DNA of 64,000 nt from Octopus vulgaris (GCA_951406725.2 OX597819.1:3410001-3474000), one strand, 5' to 3'. Shown: positions 26,362 to 42,605, numbered from the stretch's first letter. Program-made: numbers and translations. Notes: a model not told the origin generated them from the letters alone.

Positions 26362-26908
26362 GTCTTCGAGCTAAATTTGTCAATGTTTTATGTCTCTCTT
26401 TTTTCAGTAATAGCTTGATATATTGGTGAATAGTGAACGGGTTTGGGGAGCATAAAAAGATTAAAGTTGTTGTTGAGTAAATGATTAACTGACATGGAGG
26501 ACTGGAAGCCATCTGAATTTTGAAAAAAAAGTTACCTGTATCTTGATAATTCGCGCCGGTTATCAAAATGCCGACATCATGACTGTTACTCAATGCTGTG
26601 TGGACACGGTAAACGCTGTAAGACGTGACAAGGACAGCTGCAACAGGGACTACGAACCTGTGCCAAGCAGGAAGGGATATAGCAGGCGTTCTGACTGCGT
26701 CCGTACGCCAAAATTAATCCAAGATGATAGATCTGAGGAAGAGGACGGAAGAGCAGGGCTTTGGCGAGAATGTATATACATGAATGTATACATAACACAT
26801 ACATACATTTATGTGTGTGTGTATATATATACACACACACACACATATATATATACATACACACACGTGATGAGCTTTCGGAACCACGTTATCTACCTAC
26901 CTACCTAC

Positions 26909-26980
<72 letters not shown>

Positions 26981-27069
26981 ATATATGTCTACCTGCGCAC
27001 ACACGCACACATATATATGCAGTGGTGGGAGGTCAAACACAGACTCAGACATACACACACACATATATA

Positions 27070-27299
27070 TATTTCTTTACTGCCCACAAGGGGCTAATCT
27101 CAGAGGGGACAAACAAGGACATACACAGGGATTAAGTCGATTACATCGACCCCAGTGCGAAACTGGTACTTTATTTATCGACCCCGAAAGGATGAAAGGC
27201 AAAGTCGACCTCGGCGGAATTTGAACTCAGAACGTAACGACAGACGAAATACCGTTAAGCATTTCGCCCGGCGCGCTAACGTTTCTGCCAGCTCGCCGC
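27070..27299 (-). mobile_element. Full-length SINE-B
   Basis: Near-identical to 21990-22222; flanked by cacatatatatat. Confidence 0.92.
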
Positions 27300-27317
27300 T
27301 TTCGGCACATATATATA

Positions 27318-27862
27318 TATGTACGACGGGTTTCTTTCAGTTTCTGTCTACCAAATCCACCCACAAGGCTTTGGTTGGTCCGGGGCTATAGCAGAAGACA
27401 CTTGCCCAAGGTGATCCGGAAACATGTGATTGAGCAGCAAGCTTCTAACCACACAGCCACACGTATCTCTTTTCTCTCTTTTACTTGTTTCAGTCATTTG
27501 ACTGCGGCCATGCTGGAGCACCGCCTTTAATCGAGCAATTCGATCCCGGGACTTATTCTTTTGTAAGCCCAGTACTTACTCTATCGGTCTCTTTTGCCGA
27601 ACTGCTAAGTAACGGGGACATAAACACACCAGCATCGGTTGTCAAGCAATGCTAGGGGGACAAACACAGACACACATACACTCATATATATATACATATA
27701 TACGACGGGCTTCTTTCAGTTTCCGTCTACCAAATCCACTCACAGGGCTTTGGTCGGCCCGAGGCTATAGTAAAAGACACTTGCCCAAGGTGTCACGCAG
27801 TGGGACTGAACCCGGAACCATGTGGTTGGTAAACAAGCTACTTACCACACAGCCACTCCTGC
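27318..27862 (-). mobile_element. Two adjacent SINE-A copies (head fragment 27318-27462; full copy 27465-27862)
   Basis: Colinear with the family consensus. Confidence 0.88.
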
Positions 27863-27901
27863 GTTATTATGTAGATGTATGCGCATTAATAACGTTAGTC
27901 T

Positions 27902-28038
27902 TATTGACTAAGGTGATTTCGCAAATGTCATAGGCTGTTCCACTTCCTACTGACTCACAATATATATATATATATATATATATATTGTGAGTCAGTAGGA
28001 AGTGGAACAGCCTATGACATTTGCGAAATCACCTTAGT

Positions 28039-28043
<5 letters not shown>
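27902..28043. repeat. Perfect fold-back palindrome centred on (TA)12
   Basis: 59-bp arms 27902-27960 and 27985-28043 are exact reverse complements. Confidence 0.95.
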
Positions 28044-28089
<46 letters not shown>

Positions 28090-28164
28090 AGGCAAATAAG
28101 AAAATGGAGAGTGGAGAGGAGAATCAATCGACTTCCCCACATGTTATATTCCTAACATTATAAT

Positions 28165-28313
28165 CTCTCTGACGAAGCTTTGGGGCTCGGCTCAGTCATT
28201 GTCCAACCCCTGTCCAATGTTTGTTCAACGTTTGTAAAATCCCTGTATATTTCTGTCATGATGTGGAAAACTTGGAAGATTGAGCAACCCCATAGTAGAA
28301 ACAGCCGTAAGAG
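28165..28313 (+). ncRNA. Type I hammerhead-like motif with long stem II insert (PLE pLTR-like)
   Basis: CTCT-CTGACGA-agctttgggg...ccccatagta-GAAAC-AGCC-GTA-AGAG. Confidence 0.6.
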
Positions 28314-28640
28314 CCTAGTATTTTTTCCTTCATTTATTCTTATTTGTTTATTTTTATTTATCTATTTATTTACTTCTTTATTTGCTTATTTCATTGGTTT
28401 ACTTTGATTACTTATACATATGATTGTAATTAATTAATAAATAGATCTAAATTAATGTCTACAGGCTGATGTTGGTCGAGTGATTATCCTCTGTTTTACC
28501 CCCACTCATACCTAGTATTCAATTGTGATATTGCCCTGCAATAGTAAGCACTTCGATATAAATACGTAGCTATACACCCAGTAGAATATTGGATATTTAT
28601 TATCTCTCAGATGGTTGCGTAACCTCTAACTCATACAGAC

Positions 28641-28672
<32 letters not shown>

Positions 28673-28717
28673 GAATAAATAATTGGAGTTTAACGCAGGT
28701 ATAAATCAAATATTTTT

Positions 28718-28804
28718 ACTTTCGACGCATGTTTCGAAAATTCCACTGATATTATTCAAAAGAATAAATGGTATAAGCAATGTAATCTTCTCTTCAGGAA
28801 AGTG
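28718..28804 (-). ncRNA. Hammerhead ribozyme in PLE arm
   Basis: ACTTTC-CTGAAGA-GAAGATT...AATTTTC-GAAAC-ATGC-GTC-GAAAGT. Confidence 0.75.
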
Positions 28805-29003
28805 ATAAAACGAAACTCGTCAATAAGACATTTTAGCAAAAAGTGATGGATTTGTATAGCGGTTAACTGAACGCTATTAATATTGTTTAAAAAGACGTTA
28901 TATGATATAACGTCAGAAGTAGCTAACAGAAAGAGTAGGGATATTAATAGTGAATGTTAAATATAAAGGAAATTAAAGTTTAAATTATATATAATGATAG
29001 AGA

Positions 29004-29423
29004 CTACTTATATGCTCTAAAGGTGTGTTTTTGCCAATGTTTACACCTGTATGCTCGCTCTATAACCGTGTTTACTAGGGGATTTTTAGAAAAAATAATG
29101 AAAAATAGTTCAGGATTGCAGAGAAGACAGAAATCCTTGCCTTTGTCATATGGTATCGAAATTGAGAGAATCAACCATTCTAAATGAAATTGTTCATTGT
29201 GGTCTTTTAGATCCCAAATTAGTTTGCTGAGACCGGTACTATTACGTTTATTTCTATCTCTAAATGTTGAGTAATGGATAGAAATTCTTTTAGATAACTC
29301 TAACGATGTGCTTCCAATGTAAAATCGTACTTTATTACGAGTACTGATTATACACTGGTATATAGAATTTTTAATCTTAGAGTTATTTGACATAAACTTA
29401 ATTCTATTGGAATACAGATACAA
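29004..29423 (-). pseudogene. PLE GIY-YIG endonuclease fragment
   Basis: IYQCIISTRNKVRFYIGSTSLELSKRISIHYSTF...TGLSKLIWDLK...CLLC..E...CKH. Confidence 0.85.
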
Positions 29424-30143
29424 TAACCTTGTTATTAATATCTCTAGAGGGTTGGATGGTAGTAGCTAAATTAATGTTAGTATTAGTAAATGTATTAATA
29501 TTTAACAGTTTGTTATTATATGAAGAGATAATTTGTAAGAGATTTTTTGTGTTGGAAAAACCGATACTAACCGTATGTGAATTGATAATAGAGTAATACC
29601 TAGAATTTTTTTGGAAAATTCCTAAAAATAGCTTGACGAAACAGCAGTGGGAGATTAGATTTAATTTGTCTCCCGTAAGGAATTATTAACCAAATATTTT
29701 TGCTAGTATTACTGGTCTCAGCAAACTAATTTGGGATCTAAAAGACCACAATGAACAATTTCATTTAGAATGGTTGATTCTCTCAATCTCGATACCTTAT
29801 GACAAAGGCAAGGATTTCTGTCTTCTCTACAATTCTGAGCTATTTTTCATTATTTTTTCTAAAAATCCCCTAGGAAACACGGTTACAGAGCGAGCATACA
29901 GATGTAAGCATTGGCAAAACATACATTTAGTGCATATAAGTAGTCTCTATCATTATATATAATTTAAACTTTAATTTCCTTTATATTTAACATTCACTAT
30001 TAATATCCTTACTCTTTCTGTTAGCTACTTCTGACGTTATTTCATATAACGTCTTTTTAAACAATATTAATAGCGTTCAGTTAATCGCTATACAAATCCA
30101 TAATTTTTTGCTAAAATGTCGTATTGACGAGTTTCGTTTTTTC

Positions 30144-30229
30144 ACTTTCCTGAAGAGAAGATTGCATTGTTTATACCATTTATTCTTTTGAATAATATCA
30201 GTGGAATTTTCGAAACATGCGTCGAAAGT
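30144..30229 (+). ncRNA. Hammerhead ribozyme in the inverted PLE arm
   Basis: Same motif as 28718-28804 on the opposite strand. Confidence 0.75.
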
Positions 30230-30449
30230 AGAAATATTTGATTTATACCTGCGTTAAACTCCATTTATTTATTCATATATTATACAAAAAATTCCACGTA
30301 AACACGAAGTTTCTACCTTTATAAACAAGGAGTTACAACCTCTTTACTTGTGAGATTTTTGCTACCCTGGTAACTATTTATTTATTTTTTCCGTGTTAAT
30401 TGTTAACAAGGTAAAAATGCACTCATCTATCTATCTATATATATATTTA

Positions 30450-30900
30450 CTAGCTGAATCCCCCGTCGTTGCCGGGCAATTTTTACAATAGAATGTCATA
30501 CAAATTTTTGTTTATTCTATGTGAGACCATGCCTTCCCCGACAGATAGGCCTCTTGATCAGGACAGATGTGTACAATTTTTTTGCAAAAACCTCAATGAC
30601 GACTGTTTTCCTTTTTAAATTATTTACATACCTGTTCGACCGTTTCACATGACTTTATTCATTAAATCTTCTCAAAACTTCAGAAGTTCTTCCATCTTTG
30701 GTCATCGTAATGCTTTGCTTTCGTTTGCTTAATAATGATTCCCTCTCAAATGATTTTGCTTACATTTTGGGATAGACAGCTATCATGCAGAAAATGCCAG
30801 CTTCCAAATCCTGTTTTCTGATTTGGCAAAATTGATTAAACCTTAAACCTCAGTAACTTTTCCACGTTAAATCCGATTTTGTTATTTATTTGTTCCAAAA
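30450..30900 (-). mobile_element. Helitron-like 3' end (5' boundary not resolved)
   Basis: Minus strand cccggcaacgacggg hairpin then attcagCTAG|T. Confidence 0.6.
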
Positions 30901-31048
30901 CAATTGGGGAAGACTTTACAAAAGTAGAAAGACAAACAGTTGTAGGACATCACACACGTCCACACACACACGTCCACACATACACACACACATTTACAAA
31001 CGTATACACAAGTAACCAAGTGTATAGTAGACATATGTATGTATGTAC

Positions 31049-31100
<52 letters not shown>

Positions 31101-31142
31101 GCCTACGTATATGTACATTCTTACATCTGTACGTATATATAT

Positions 31143-31310
31143 ATATTATATTAAATTAGAGATAAAACCACTATTAGGCAAATCAAACAATGAAAAACTT
31201 AAGCCAATACATAAAATTAATTTATATTATTTTAAATATATATCAAAAGTATTAAAAGTTTAATAAAAGATAATGAGTAAAACACTACGATCGTTTCATG
31301 GCTGTCCAAT
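31143..31310 (-). mobile_element. Partial copy of the AT-rich hammerhead-bearing element at 36260
   Basis: attaaattagagataaaaccactattaggcaaat...cactacgatcgtttcatggctg. Confidence 0.75.
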
Positions 31311-32025
31311 TCGTAATAATATATATATGCCTATGTGGGCACAGGACGTCATGAAACAAAAAGTACAACAAAAAGTACGAAGCACGCGTACATGGAACAT
31401 GAACTATTCTTTCGAACAACGAAAGACACAAATGGAACACAAAGCAAACAACACAAAGAACGACCCTTCATCAGTTGTTGGCTGTTTTTCTAGTCTCATA
31501 TTTCGAGCATTTAACAACAATATACGCTTTCGATAAAACAGTTGCTCCCGCAAAGCAAATTAAATAAAATTTGGGATTTTGCAGAGGGTCAAAATAGGTA
31601 ACACAAACAGGGAGGGCTGCTACGCCTGTATGAGAGTGTGTGTGTCTGTGAGTGTTTCTTTGCGACGGACAGCAGAAAAGTCACCTACCCCCTTCTCTCC
31701 TCAAAGCTACATATTCCTCACACCCACCTTTCATTCCCTTCCTCGGCGTTTTAAACGTTAGTTATGGGTATGTGCATGTGTGTGTATGTGTGTGTAGCTG
31801 TGTATGTGTAGGTGTCTGTCTATATATATTTAAGTATATTTAATGTTTACTTTTAAAATGAACATAAGATAAAAAAAAGCATACATATACAGCGTAATGT
31901 GAAATATATACGAAGCGATTTAGTTTTTATTAAGCCATGAAACTTTAGTGCATTTCGTAATTTCAACCTTTTAGTTTTTCTTACAATTACTAGAAACTAA
32001 CCTTTTGCATAATAAAATAAAACGG

Positions 32026-32098
<73 letters not shown>

Positions 32099-33527
32099 AG
32101 ATAGATAGATAGATGTATCCTAAGCATTTTTTATCATGCGAATTGTATGAGTATGTCTGTCGCCTTCAAGACTCGCCACTCTGGTTGCTGGTCATTGTTA
32201 TTGACAGGCTTACATTAACTTCTAACTCTTTTCCATCAGCAAAACCAATGTGAGTAATCAGTAAATTTTAGAGCTCTTTGTGTTTCTTTCAGTTATTGTC
32301 CAGTATTTAATTCACGCTTCATGTCTTCAATTCTCATCAAATCAAGAAAGTACATTGGTAGTTATACCAATTTATATATTATACAGTAAACTATGTGCAA
32401 ATACATTAATAGATATTCACATATACACAAGAATACATGCTTTCACATCTCTGAAAGTTTGTATTAGTCTGTTTCATGATTTTTGAGATTTGTCTTCGAG
32501 CGGTTCCAAAACAGCTAGAATAGCTGACGCTTTAACGAATAAATATAATACGTAACGACACATCTCCATGCTGTTTTGGTCTTGCATTGATTTTACCCAT
32601 TAATTTGGTTTGATCTGTGAAGTGTTTTTATGACCGAAGGCGTAAAATATTGATTTGTTTCTTAAGAAGCTCTGTTTGTGCTATTTGAAAGGATAACATT
32701 AATTGACTAGATCACAGTTTATCACCAATAATTATTTAATCGACTACTGAAAGATACAAAAAAAGGCAAATTCAGTTATTTATTTCTATATTTATCTAAT
32801 ACAACTTTTCTTCAAAGCGATTAAAAGAGATCAATAAAATTGACTCCCCTCTCTCCAAAAGAAACGCAGGTTCCTATCAGCAATATACTGATGTGTATGT
32901 AGTGTTATAAGAAAAGAAACTTCGAAATATATTCAGTGTCTTCGGACACACTCGTATTTCCAGCAGTCAGAAGTTTATAGTATCTTTCTCAGTAGAACTA
33001 CAAAGTGAGGCGAATGATAATTTTACAATCTCTATATAACGTAGTGTGGTAATCAATTGATGCACGGGAACAGCCGAAATATCGAATGATCAGTACATTC
33101 GATTTGCTTTGTAAAAACTTTTAAAATTAATAAAATGGTATTAAAATCAACGAAGTTAGTTCAAGAAATTATAGGAATAAATATTTTGTAATTATAATTG
33201 AAATATTTAGTTTGTGCTTAGTGACTAACAGAGAGCTCAACAAAAGGAAAACATTTGGAGAATTTTATAATAATATATGAATACAGTTATAAAGTATTTG
33301 TTTTCATGATGCTTCAAGTAGAGTACAATCTATATAAACAATGAAATTCTTATCTCACTCTATTTGCAGTTCCGCTGATGAAAGTATCTCCTGCTCATAT
33401 AATTGTATGAACGTCCGACTGATAGAAACGTGATCGTGTCCTAAGAATCTCAGAATTATGTATTTATTTCATTGTATAGCTGAATCTTATTTCCAAATGT
33501 TTCTTCGTTTTTACTGCTTATACACAA

Positions 33528-33579
<52 letters not shown>

Positions 33580-33627
33580 ATATTTCGTAATGGTCATTTT
33601 GCCAGTTTAGCCAATAAAAAATCTTGC

Positions 33628-33634
<7 letters not shown>

Positions 33635-33695
<61 letters not shown>

Positions 33696-33723
33696 TATAT
33701 GTATATATATATATATATATATG

Positions 33724-33801
<78 letters not shown>

Positions 33802-33982
33802 ATATATATGTATGTATGTATATATATATATGTATGTATATATATATGTATGTATATATATATGTATATATATATATATGTATGTATATATATATATGTA
33901 TATATGTATATATATATATATATGTATATATGTATATATATATATATATGTATGTGTATATATATATGTATATATATATATG

Positions 33983-34055
<73 letters not shown>

Positions 34056-34084
34056 ATATATATATGTATGTATATATATATATG

Positions 34085-34177
<93 letters not shown>

Positions 34178-34197
34178 GTATATATATATATATATAA
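33635..34197. repeat. (TA)n/(TATG) microsatellite
   Basis: Low-complexity array. Confidence 0.97.
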
Positions 34198-34872
34198 TGA
34201 ATGCTGGAACTGGTGTGTCATACTGGTTGATGATTGCATGTATAATACGAGTAGCTAAAACCAGGAGAAACATATATCATAAACCTACCAGGCCAGGTTG
34301 TATGAATACGTTTCTCCAGGATCACGGAAAAACAAAACAATATCTGATGCGCAAGCAGTAGAAAGGAAGGAAATCTTGGACTGCACTGAATAAATCCTCT
34401 TTGTATTGTTGTGGACATCAGTTGTGAAGCTGATGTGAATGTTTTTTCAAAAACTGGGGAATACCAGAATACCACTGGAGAACTAATGAGAAACTCTCGA
34501 CTCTTGGTTATAGATCTTCATTTGTATCTATTATCATATGTGCACTGGTTTACGTAACGTATCTGCATGAAAATCTAGAATTACTAGGGTTCTCCTAAAG
34601 AGAACGAAGCCGTCTAATTTGCAATCTCGAAACTCAATTAATAAGAGAAGCTGATAATTCGCAAAACATTTCAAGGATACACTATTTGAGTTTTTTAGGC
34701 GAACGCATGCACATAATCGCATCTACGTATAGAATACATACGATTGCATACAAACTGTAATGAACGACACACGCTTGTGTACTTACGTCATACTCACAAC
34801 ACGCCGGTAAGTTTATCCTTACAATACACGCACAATACACACATATTTGCAAACATATCCATATCCATATGG

Positions 34873-36096
<1,224 letters not shown>

Positions 36097-36162
36097 CATG
36101 TTACTCTACCACTGGTATTTGAGTACTCTTTTTTCCACCTTGTTTCACATTTATGTGTTTAC

Positions 36163-36211
<49 letters not shown>

Positions 36212-36259
36212 ATATATATGTATGTATATATATATGTATGTATATATATATGTATGTAT

Positions 36260-37400
36260 ATTATATTAAATTAGAGATAAAACCACTATTAGGCAAATCA
36301 TACAATTAAAAACTTAAGCCAATACATAAGATTAATAAATTTATATTATTTAAATATATATCAAAATTATTAAAAAAGATAATTAATATAACACTACGAT
36401 CGTTTCATGGCTGTTCAATGCTTAAAATTTTCGAGTTACAGTCATTCTTCAGGTGGTTTACATATCTAAAATATAATCAATATTTTTAAGATATAAATAA
36501 TATATATAATATAATAATTTTACTTATAATAAACTCTATTATCAAATATGATTATATCCAAATCGACTATAATGTTAAATATTAATTTTAATTTATAAGG
36601 TAGGAAACCCATAATCTAATATCAATATTATTCTATATCTAATTACATAAATATTTAAAATGACTAATATATATAAATTATCAATGAAAATATATATATA
36701 AATATTATATACAAGATCTAAAATAATCTCTATAAATAATTGTATATATACAAATTAATAAATTTAATTTTCCATATTTAAAGATGAAATAGCTAATTTC
36801 AAAATACAAATAAACTAACTTAAACGAACTTTCAGAAATCTTATGTAAAATACTTTTAGAAATAATCAATTCTTAGTAATATAGTATCGAATAAATACTA
36901 TAAGTAATATAAATATAATTATGAATGGGAATAATTATCGAATATAAATTTAAAGAAATAACTAAGTATGCTATTAAATTAGACATGGCCTAGACCAATC
37001 TTTAGTTGAAACATATCTAAGTTTATCAAAGTTTATCTAATTTAATTATAAATTTAAAACTACAATTAATACTATTAAAACATGTATATACAAAGCCTAA
37101 CTTAATACACCTAGTATGCTTGCTATCAAATAATAAATCTATCGCTAAGAAGTATCTTACGAATAAACTTAAATTTAATATCTAATAATATAGAAAATTA
37201 CGATAATTAGATCATTACATAAACAACGATATTTACATAAGGAGAATATTATTACTCCAAAGGCTTATACAATATTAAAATTCACAATTTGAAGATCTTA
37301 ATATAATATAATATAATATAATATTTTACTATAAAATTGGATTCAATCCTAAATCTGATTTTTCCCTGTAAGTTTGGATTTATTCCCTAATATTTTATTA
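36260..37400 (-). mobile_element. Very AT-rich non-coding PLE-like element carrying a hammerhead
   Basis: Terminus shared with copies at 31143 and 51093, all abutting (TA)n; intact hammerhead core. Confidence 0.6.
36390..36458 (-). ncRNA. Minimal type I hammerhead with palindromic stem III
   Basis: CAC-CTGAAGA-ATGACTGT...ACAGCCAT-GAAAC-GATC-GTA-GTG. Confidence 0.8.
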
Positions 37401-37574
37401 TATGTATGTATATATATATGTATGTATATATATATATATGTATGTATATATATATGTATATATATATGTATGTATATATGTATATATATATATATATATG
37501 TATGTATATATGTATATGCATATATATATATACGTATATATATATATACTTTTGGAAGTATATATATATTCTTT

Positions 37575-38512
<938 letters not shown>

Positions 38513-38649
38513 GTATATATATATATATGTATATATATGTATATATATATACATACAAAGATATAGAAACACACACACACGTACAAACACCCACATATAT
38601 TCATGCAAATGCACAAATGTATATATATACATACATAAACACATACAAA

Positions 38650-38702
<53 letters not shown>

Positions 38703-38819
38703 CAAACACATGTATGTATATATATACACACATATGCACATACATATATTCATATACTCAAAACAAACATACACACACACACACATATATATATGTATGT
38801 CACCGAATATGTATGAGAA

Positions 38820-39100
38820 AATATTGCTCTGGTCGTTGGCTATTATGTCAGGAATGGTCACAAACGAGGAACGTGTTAAACTGAAATATACGAAAATTAA
38901 ACATTCTTCAGCTATCTCACAACGGATTATAGGATTTTCAAGGCCTAAGAACAGAATTGCATACGCGAGACACATCAGGATTATACAATGAAGATAAAAC
39001 ACAGAACAGGAAAACACAGCTGAGTTTTAGCGATTAGGACAGACAAAACACAGGGTCAGGAAAAAGAAGTATTATTAAGACAAGTGACTGAGCCAGAAGA
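38820..39100 (+). mobile_element. Highly degenerate RTE-like 3' remnant
   Basis: VTNEE motif and R..YARHI resemble the post-RT region. Confidence 0.35.
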
Positions 39101-39169
39101 AAAGCATAGGTAGACTCTAAAATTACATAAAAGAAGTTTTTTTCTTTAAAGGATAATCTTTTATCGCTT

Positions 39170-39630
39170 CTCTTTTACTGGTTTCAGTCATTGTACTGCG
39201 ACCATGTCGAGGCCCCACATTGAAAGGTTTTAGTTGAATAAATCGACACCAGTAATTATTTTTATAAAGTGTGGTACTTATTCTATTGTCTTTTTAACCG
39301 AACTGCTAGGCTACAGGGGTGTACACAAACCAACACCGGTTATCAAGCGGTGGATAGACAAACACAGACACGTACATACATACATAAATACATACATACA
39401 TACATGCATACATGCATATATACAAACATAAATACATACATGCATATATACATACAAACACACATCATTTATGTAGAAACTGGCAATAATAAACGTATAT
39501 ATAACGGGCTTTTCTCAGTTTCCGAACCAAATCTACCCACAACGCTTTTGTCGTCCGGTACCACGCAGTGGGGCTGAAACCGAAAGATGCGGTTGGGAAG
39601 CAAACTTCGTACAACACAGCCATGCTTACG
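39170..39630 (-). mobile_element. Diverged SINE-A
   Basis: tttcagtcatt..ctgcgaccatg tail; ccacgcagtggggctgaa head. Confidence 0.7.
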
Positions 39631-40449
39631 CTCATGGTAAATATAAAATTATTGATAGTTTGCGATTGAAACAAAACGAAATAACGCAAAAGAATATAGT
39701 AATTGTTGTGAAATAGAAAAAAAATACACGAGACGTTTTAATCGAAGTCATTGTTTAGTTACTCACACACACACACACACACACCTAAACACATACACAC
39801 GTATTATAAGTAGGGAGGGAGTATGATAGAGTAGGAGGTGTGAAAAATAGAGACATAAAATGAAAGAGCTATACGTATCCGTTTAAATATATAAGCAAAC
39901 GGAAACTAATAATAGAAACTGTGAAATAACCAGTAAAATGGATAGTACGCATTATATTTCTAGATAATGAGGAAATTTATGACTTCCCTGTATATAGAAA
40001 AGCAAACATTTAAGTAATTAACCTAACTGCCTACCTACCTCCCCTAGCTTGCCAACATACACACATATATGTATGCATACCTTTCTCTCTGCCATAATTC
40101 CCGGTTGGATATATCATGTGACTTAGAGAAAAATAATTTAATTGTATGAAAATAAATGTAATTACTTCAAGGTTTCTGGAAGAACTTCCTTAGATGCCTC
40201 TCCAACAATTTACTTTGCCTCATTTTTCTAAATGGACTTGTAACGTAATCTATAAAATTTACTATACACGAGGCATTTAATACTTGATTCGTTGATACTT
40301 TAATCTATATTTGAATGTTAACTTAGGTTTCATCAATTAAAATTCATGTTGTTAAAATTACTAGATAACGAGTGATTCCCTTTAAACTGGATGCTTACCT
40401 TCACAGATGTACGTAACATTTGAAAAACTAGAACGATTTTAATTTCCTG

Positions 40450-40637
40450 TCTTTTTCTCATTTCATTCATTAGACTGCGGAAACGCTGGGGCACCGCCTC
40501 GAAGAATTTTTAGTTGAATGAATCGACTCCAGTATTTATTTTTTGCTAAACCAGTTACTTTATTCCATCAATTCTTTTTGCTGAACCGCTAAGTTACAGG
40601 GACGTGAACACACCAACACCGGTTGTCAAGCGGTGGC

Positions 40638-40680
<43 letters not shown>

Positions 40681-40835
40681 ATACGATGGTCGTCTTTCAG
40701 CTTCCGTCTATCAAATCCACTCACAAGGTTTTGTTCAGTCTGAGGTTATAGAAGACACTTACGCAAGGTGCCCCTCAGTGGGACTGAACCCGGAACCATA
40801 TGATTGCGAAGCAAGCTTCTTCCCACATATTCATG
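40450..40835 (-). mobile_element. Diverged SINE-A
   Basis: cagtgggactgaacccggaacca; ggttgtcaagc. Confidence 0.8.
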
Positions 40836-41023
40836 CAGAAAGTTTTACCTTTGTTATGACTAAATGGTCAAAACTTAGACACACATACACACACACACTA
40901 TAAATTGCCGATGAAATTATAGAATTATATTTGTTATATAAACGTATAATGAGTCTGTTATGGAAACAAATGGATAATTTAAATATATAATTTTCAATAT
41001 TTTATGTATATATATATATATTT

Positions 41024-41085
<62 letters not shown>

Positions 41086-41086
<1 letters not shown>

Positions 41087-41600
41087 TATGTGTGTTACCT
41101 GGCGTTCCTACAACCTTAATTCTTAGCTTAAGCTTGTCTAGGACCCTTCTAAAGCGATACACCAGTTCGCCTCTAGGGGTGGTGTTGACGAACATGACTC
41201 CCTGGTATTTGTGGCTATCATACCATGAGTTGGCCTTCCATCAGCTATCGCGGACAATGCCAAATTCAATATATTGATGGCTGATCTCATCAGAGTAATG
41301 GGAAATGTGTCCCGCATGTGCGACCCTACAGAGTTAAAGAGTTCGTTCACCGCATGCAGTTCTCAGGATACAGCCATATGGAAAGGATCGGAGTATATGA
41401 AGGAGCCATGAAGAAATTCGAAACTATCATACGTAACGATAGGAATGGGATTTGCCCACTCTATAGGAGCAAGTCATTGAATACCATTCAAAGGACTAAG
41501 AAGAAAATAAGGAAGGCCAACTCTTGGTATGATAGCCACAAATATCAGAGTGTTATGTTCGTCAGCACCACTCCGAGACAGTTGCTACCATGTTTTAAAC
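41086..41600 (+). mobile_element. PLE fragment (post-RT linker region) with local inversion
   Basis: EFVHRMQFSGYS...PLYRSK...WY...SVMFVSTTP; the inverted copy 41086-41240 continues TPRGEL...IKVV. Confidence 0.7.
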
Positions 41601-42181
41601 ATGTATAAAAATATATTTAAAATGCATTTTCAGAATCTAACATTTATAAAATTACTTCTAAAGCAGAGATTGATTTTGTTTACTCGCAAAAAAATCAAAA
41701 AAAAATCACAATTTAAGAATTGAGGAATATCTTCACATTCAGGAACACTTAGATGATTCTCACTACGGCTGTTGTACTTTGTTGAACAACAATTAAATTA
41801 TTACAGTAGATAAACCTAACAAAGGGATGTGAGTTCGATTCTCCTGGCTGGTTGCTGACAGATTTTTCTGCTTTGTAAGGGATATTATCCCATATATACT
41901 GTTATATCAGTATTTTGCGCGTTGAAAAAATATATCTTTCTACTTGTACTATTATAAAAAGTTTTTTTTCGACCTTAGCGTATTACTATTGTTGCGGTTA
42001 ATTTTCCTCCTTCAATTCATATAGATTGCACATAAAACTGGTAGTCATAGGGGAGATCAAATTCACTATTGAGTTATCGACATGAATATTAAGTCGCTGT
42101 TATATGAACGTAGAATGTCAACTGCGAATCTTGAAGGACTGAATCTCCTGTCCTACAAGTCCTTGTTTGTATCAGGGGAGA

Positions 42182-42605
42182 CGGATCTTTTCGGTTTGAG
42201 CGGCAGTTTTTAACATAATTTCTAGGTAACTAAAACATTTTAAACTTCGTATACTGGTAGAATGTGTTTATAAAACATCTTCTTCTCTTGGCTTTATTGA
42301 GAAAATTCTATAGTTTGTAAGATATTTGTTGTTTTTTTCTTCAATTTCTGCAATTTCAACCAATCAATGATGTGTATTGAGGTAAAACCATTCTGTGCCG
42401 TATGAATATGTCCCTCGTTTTAGAAACAGATTAGGTTTATTAACATTTGTGAAGAAAAAAAGATACCCTTCCCCCCACCCCTAACCCTAACCAACCATAA
42501 CCCTAAAACAGATTGAAATGCAATAGTTCGATACTAGGGTCATAATTATGGGTGACAATTTCATATGACACCGCTAGAAAAACTGCCGTTCTAACCGAAG
42601 ATCCG
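42182..42605. mobile_element. MITE with 27-29 bp TIRs and 6-bp TSD
   Basis: TIRs cggatcttttcggtttgagcggcagtttt / aaaactgccgttctaaccgaagatccg; TSD GGGAGA at 42176-42181 and 42606-42611; internal CCCTAA repeats. Confidence 0.88.

Larger units (their letters stand above)
28671..30280 (-). mobile_element. Penelope-like element 3' end (GIY-YIG) with inverted arms of about 570 bp
   Basis: GIY-YIG motif SIYQC...FYIGST...R...H; 28671-29240 is inverted relative to 29711-30280; adjacent to (TA)n. Confidence 0.9.

Noticed and set aside
26570-26770. GC-richer stretch as a possible host exon
   Set aside because: No recognisable domain or convincing splice-site pair
31340-31520. Minus-strand CTGATGA with nearby GAAA
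   Set aside because: Could not build a consistent three-stem hammerhead
42478-42506. Interstitial telomere or fusion site
   Set aside because: Only a few CCCTAA units, internal to a MITE
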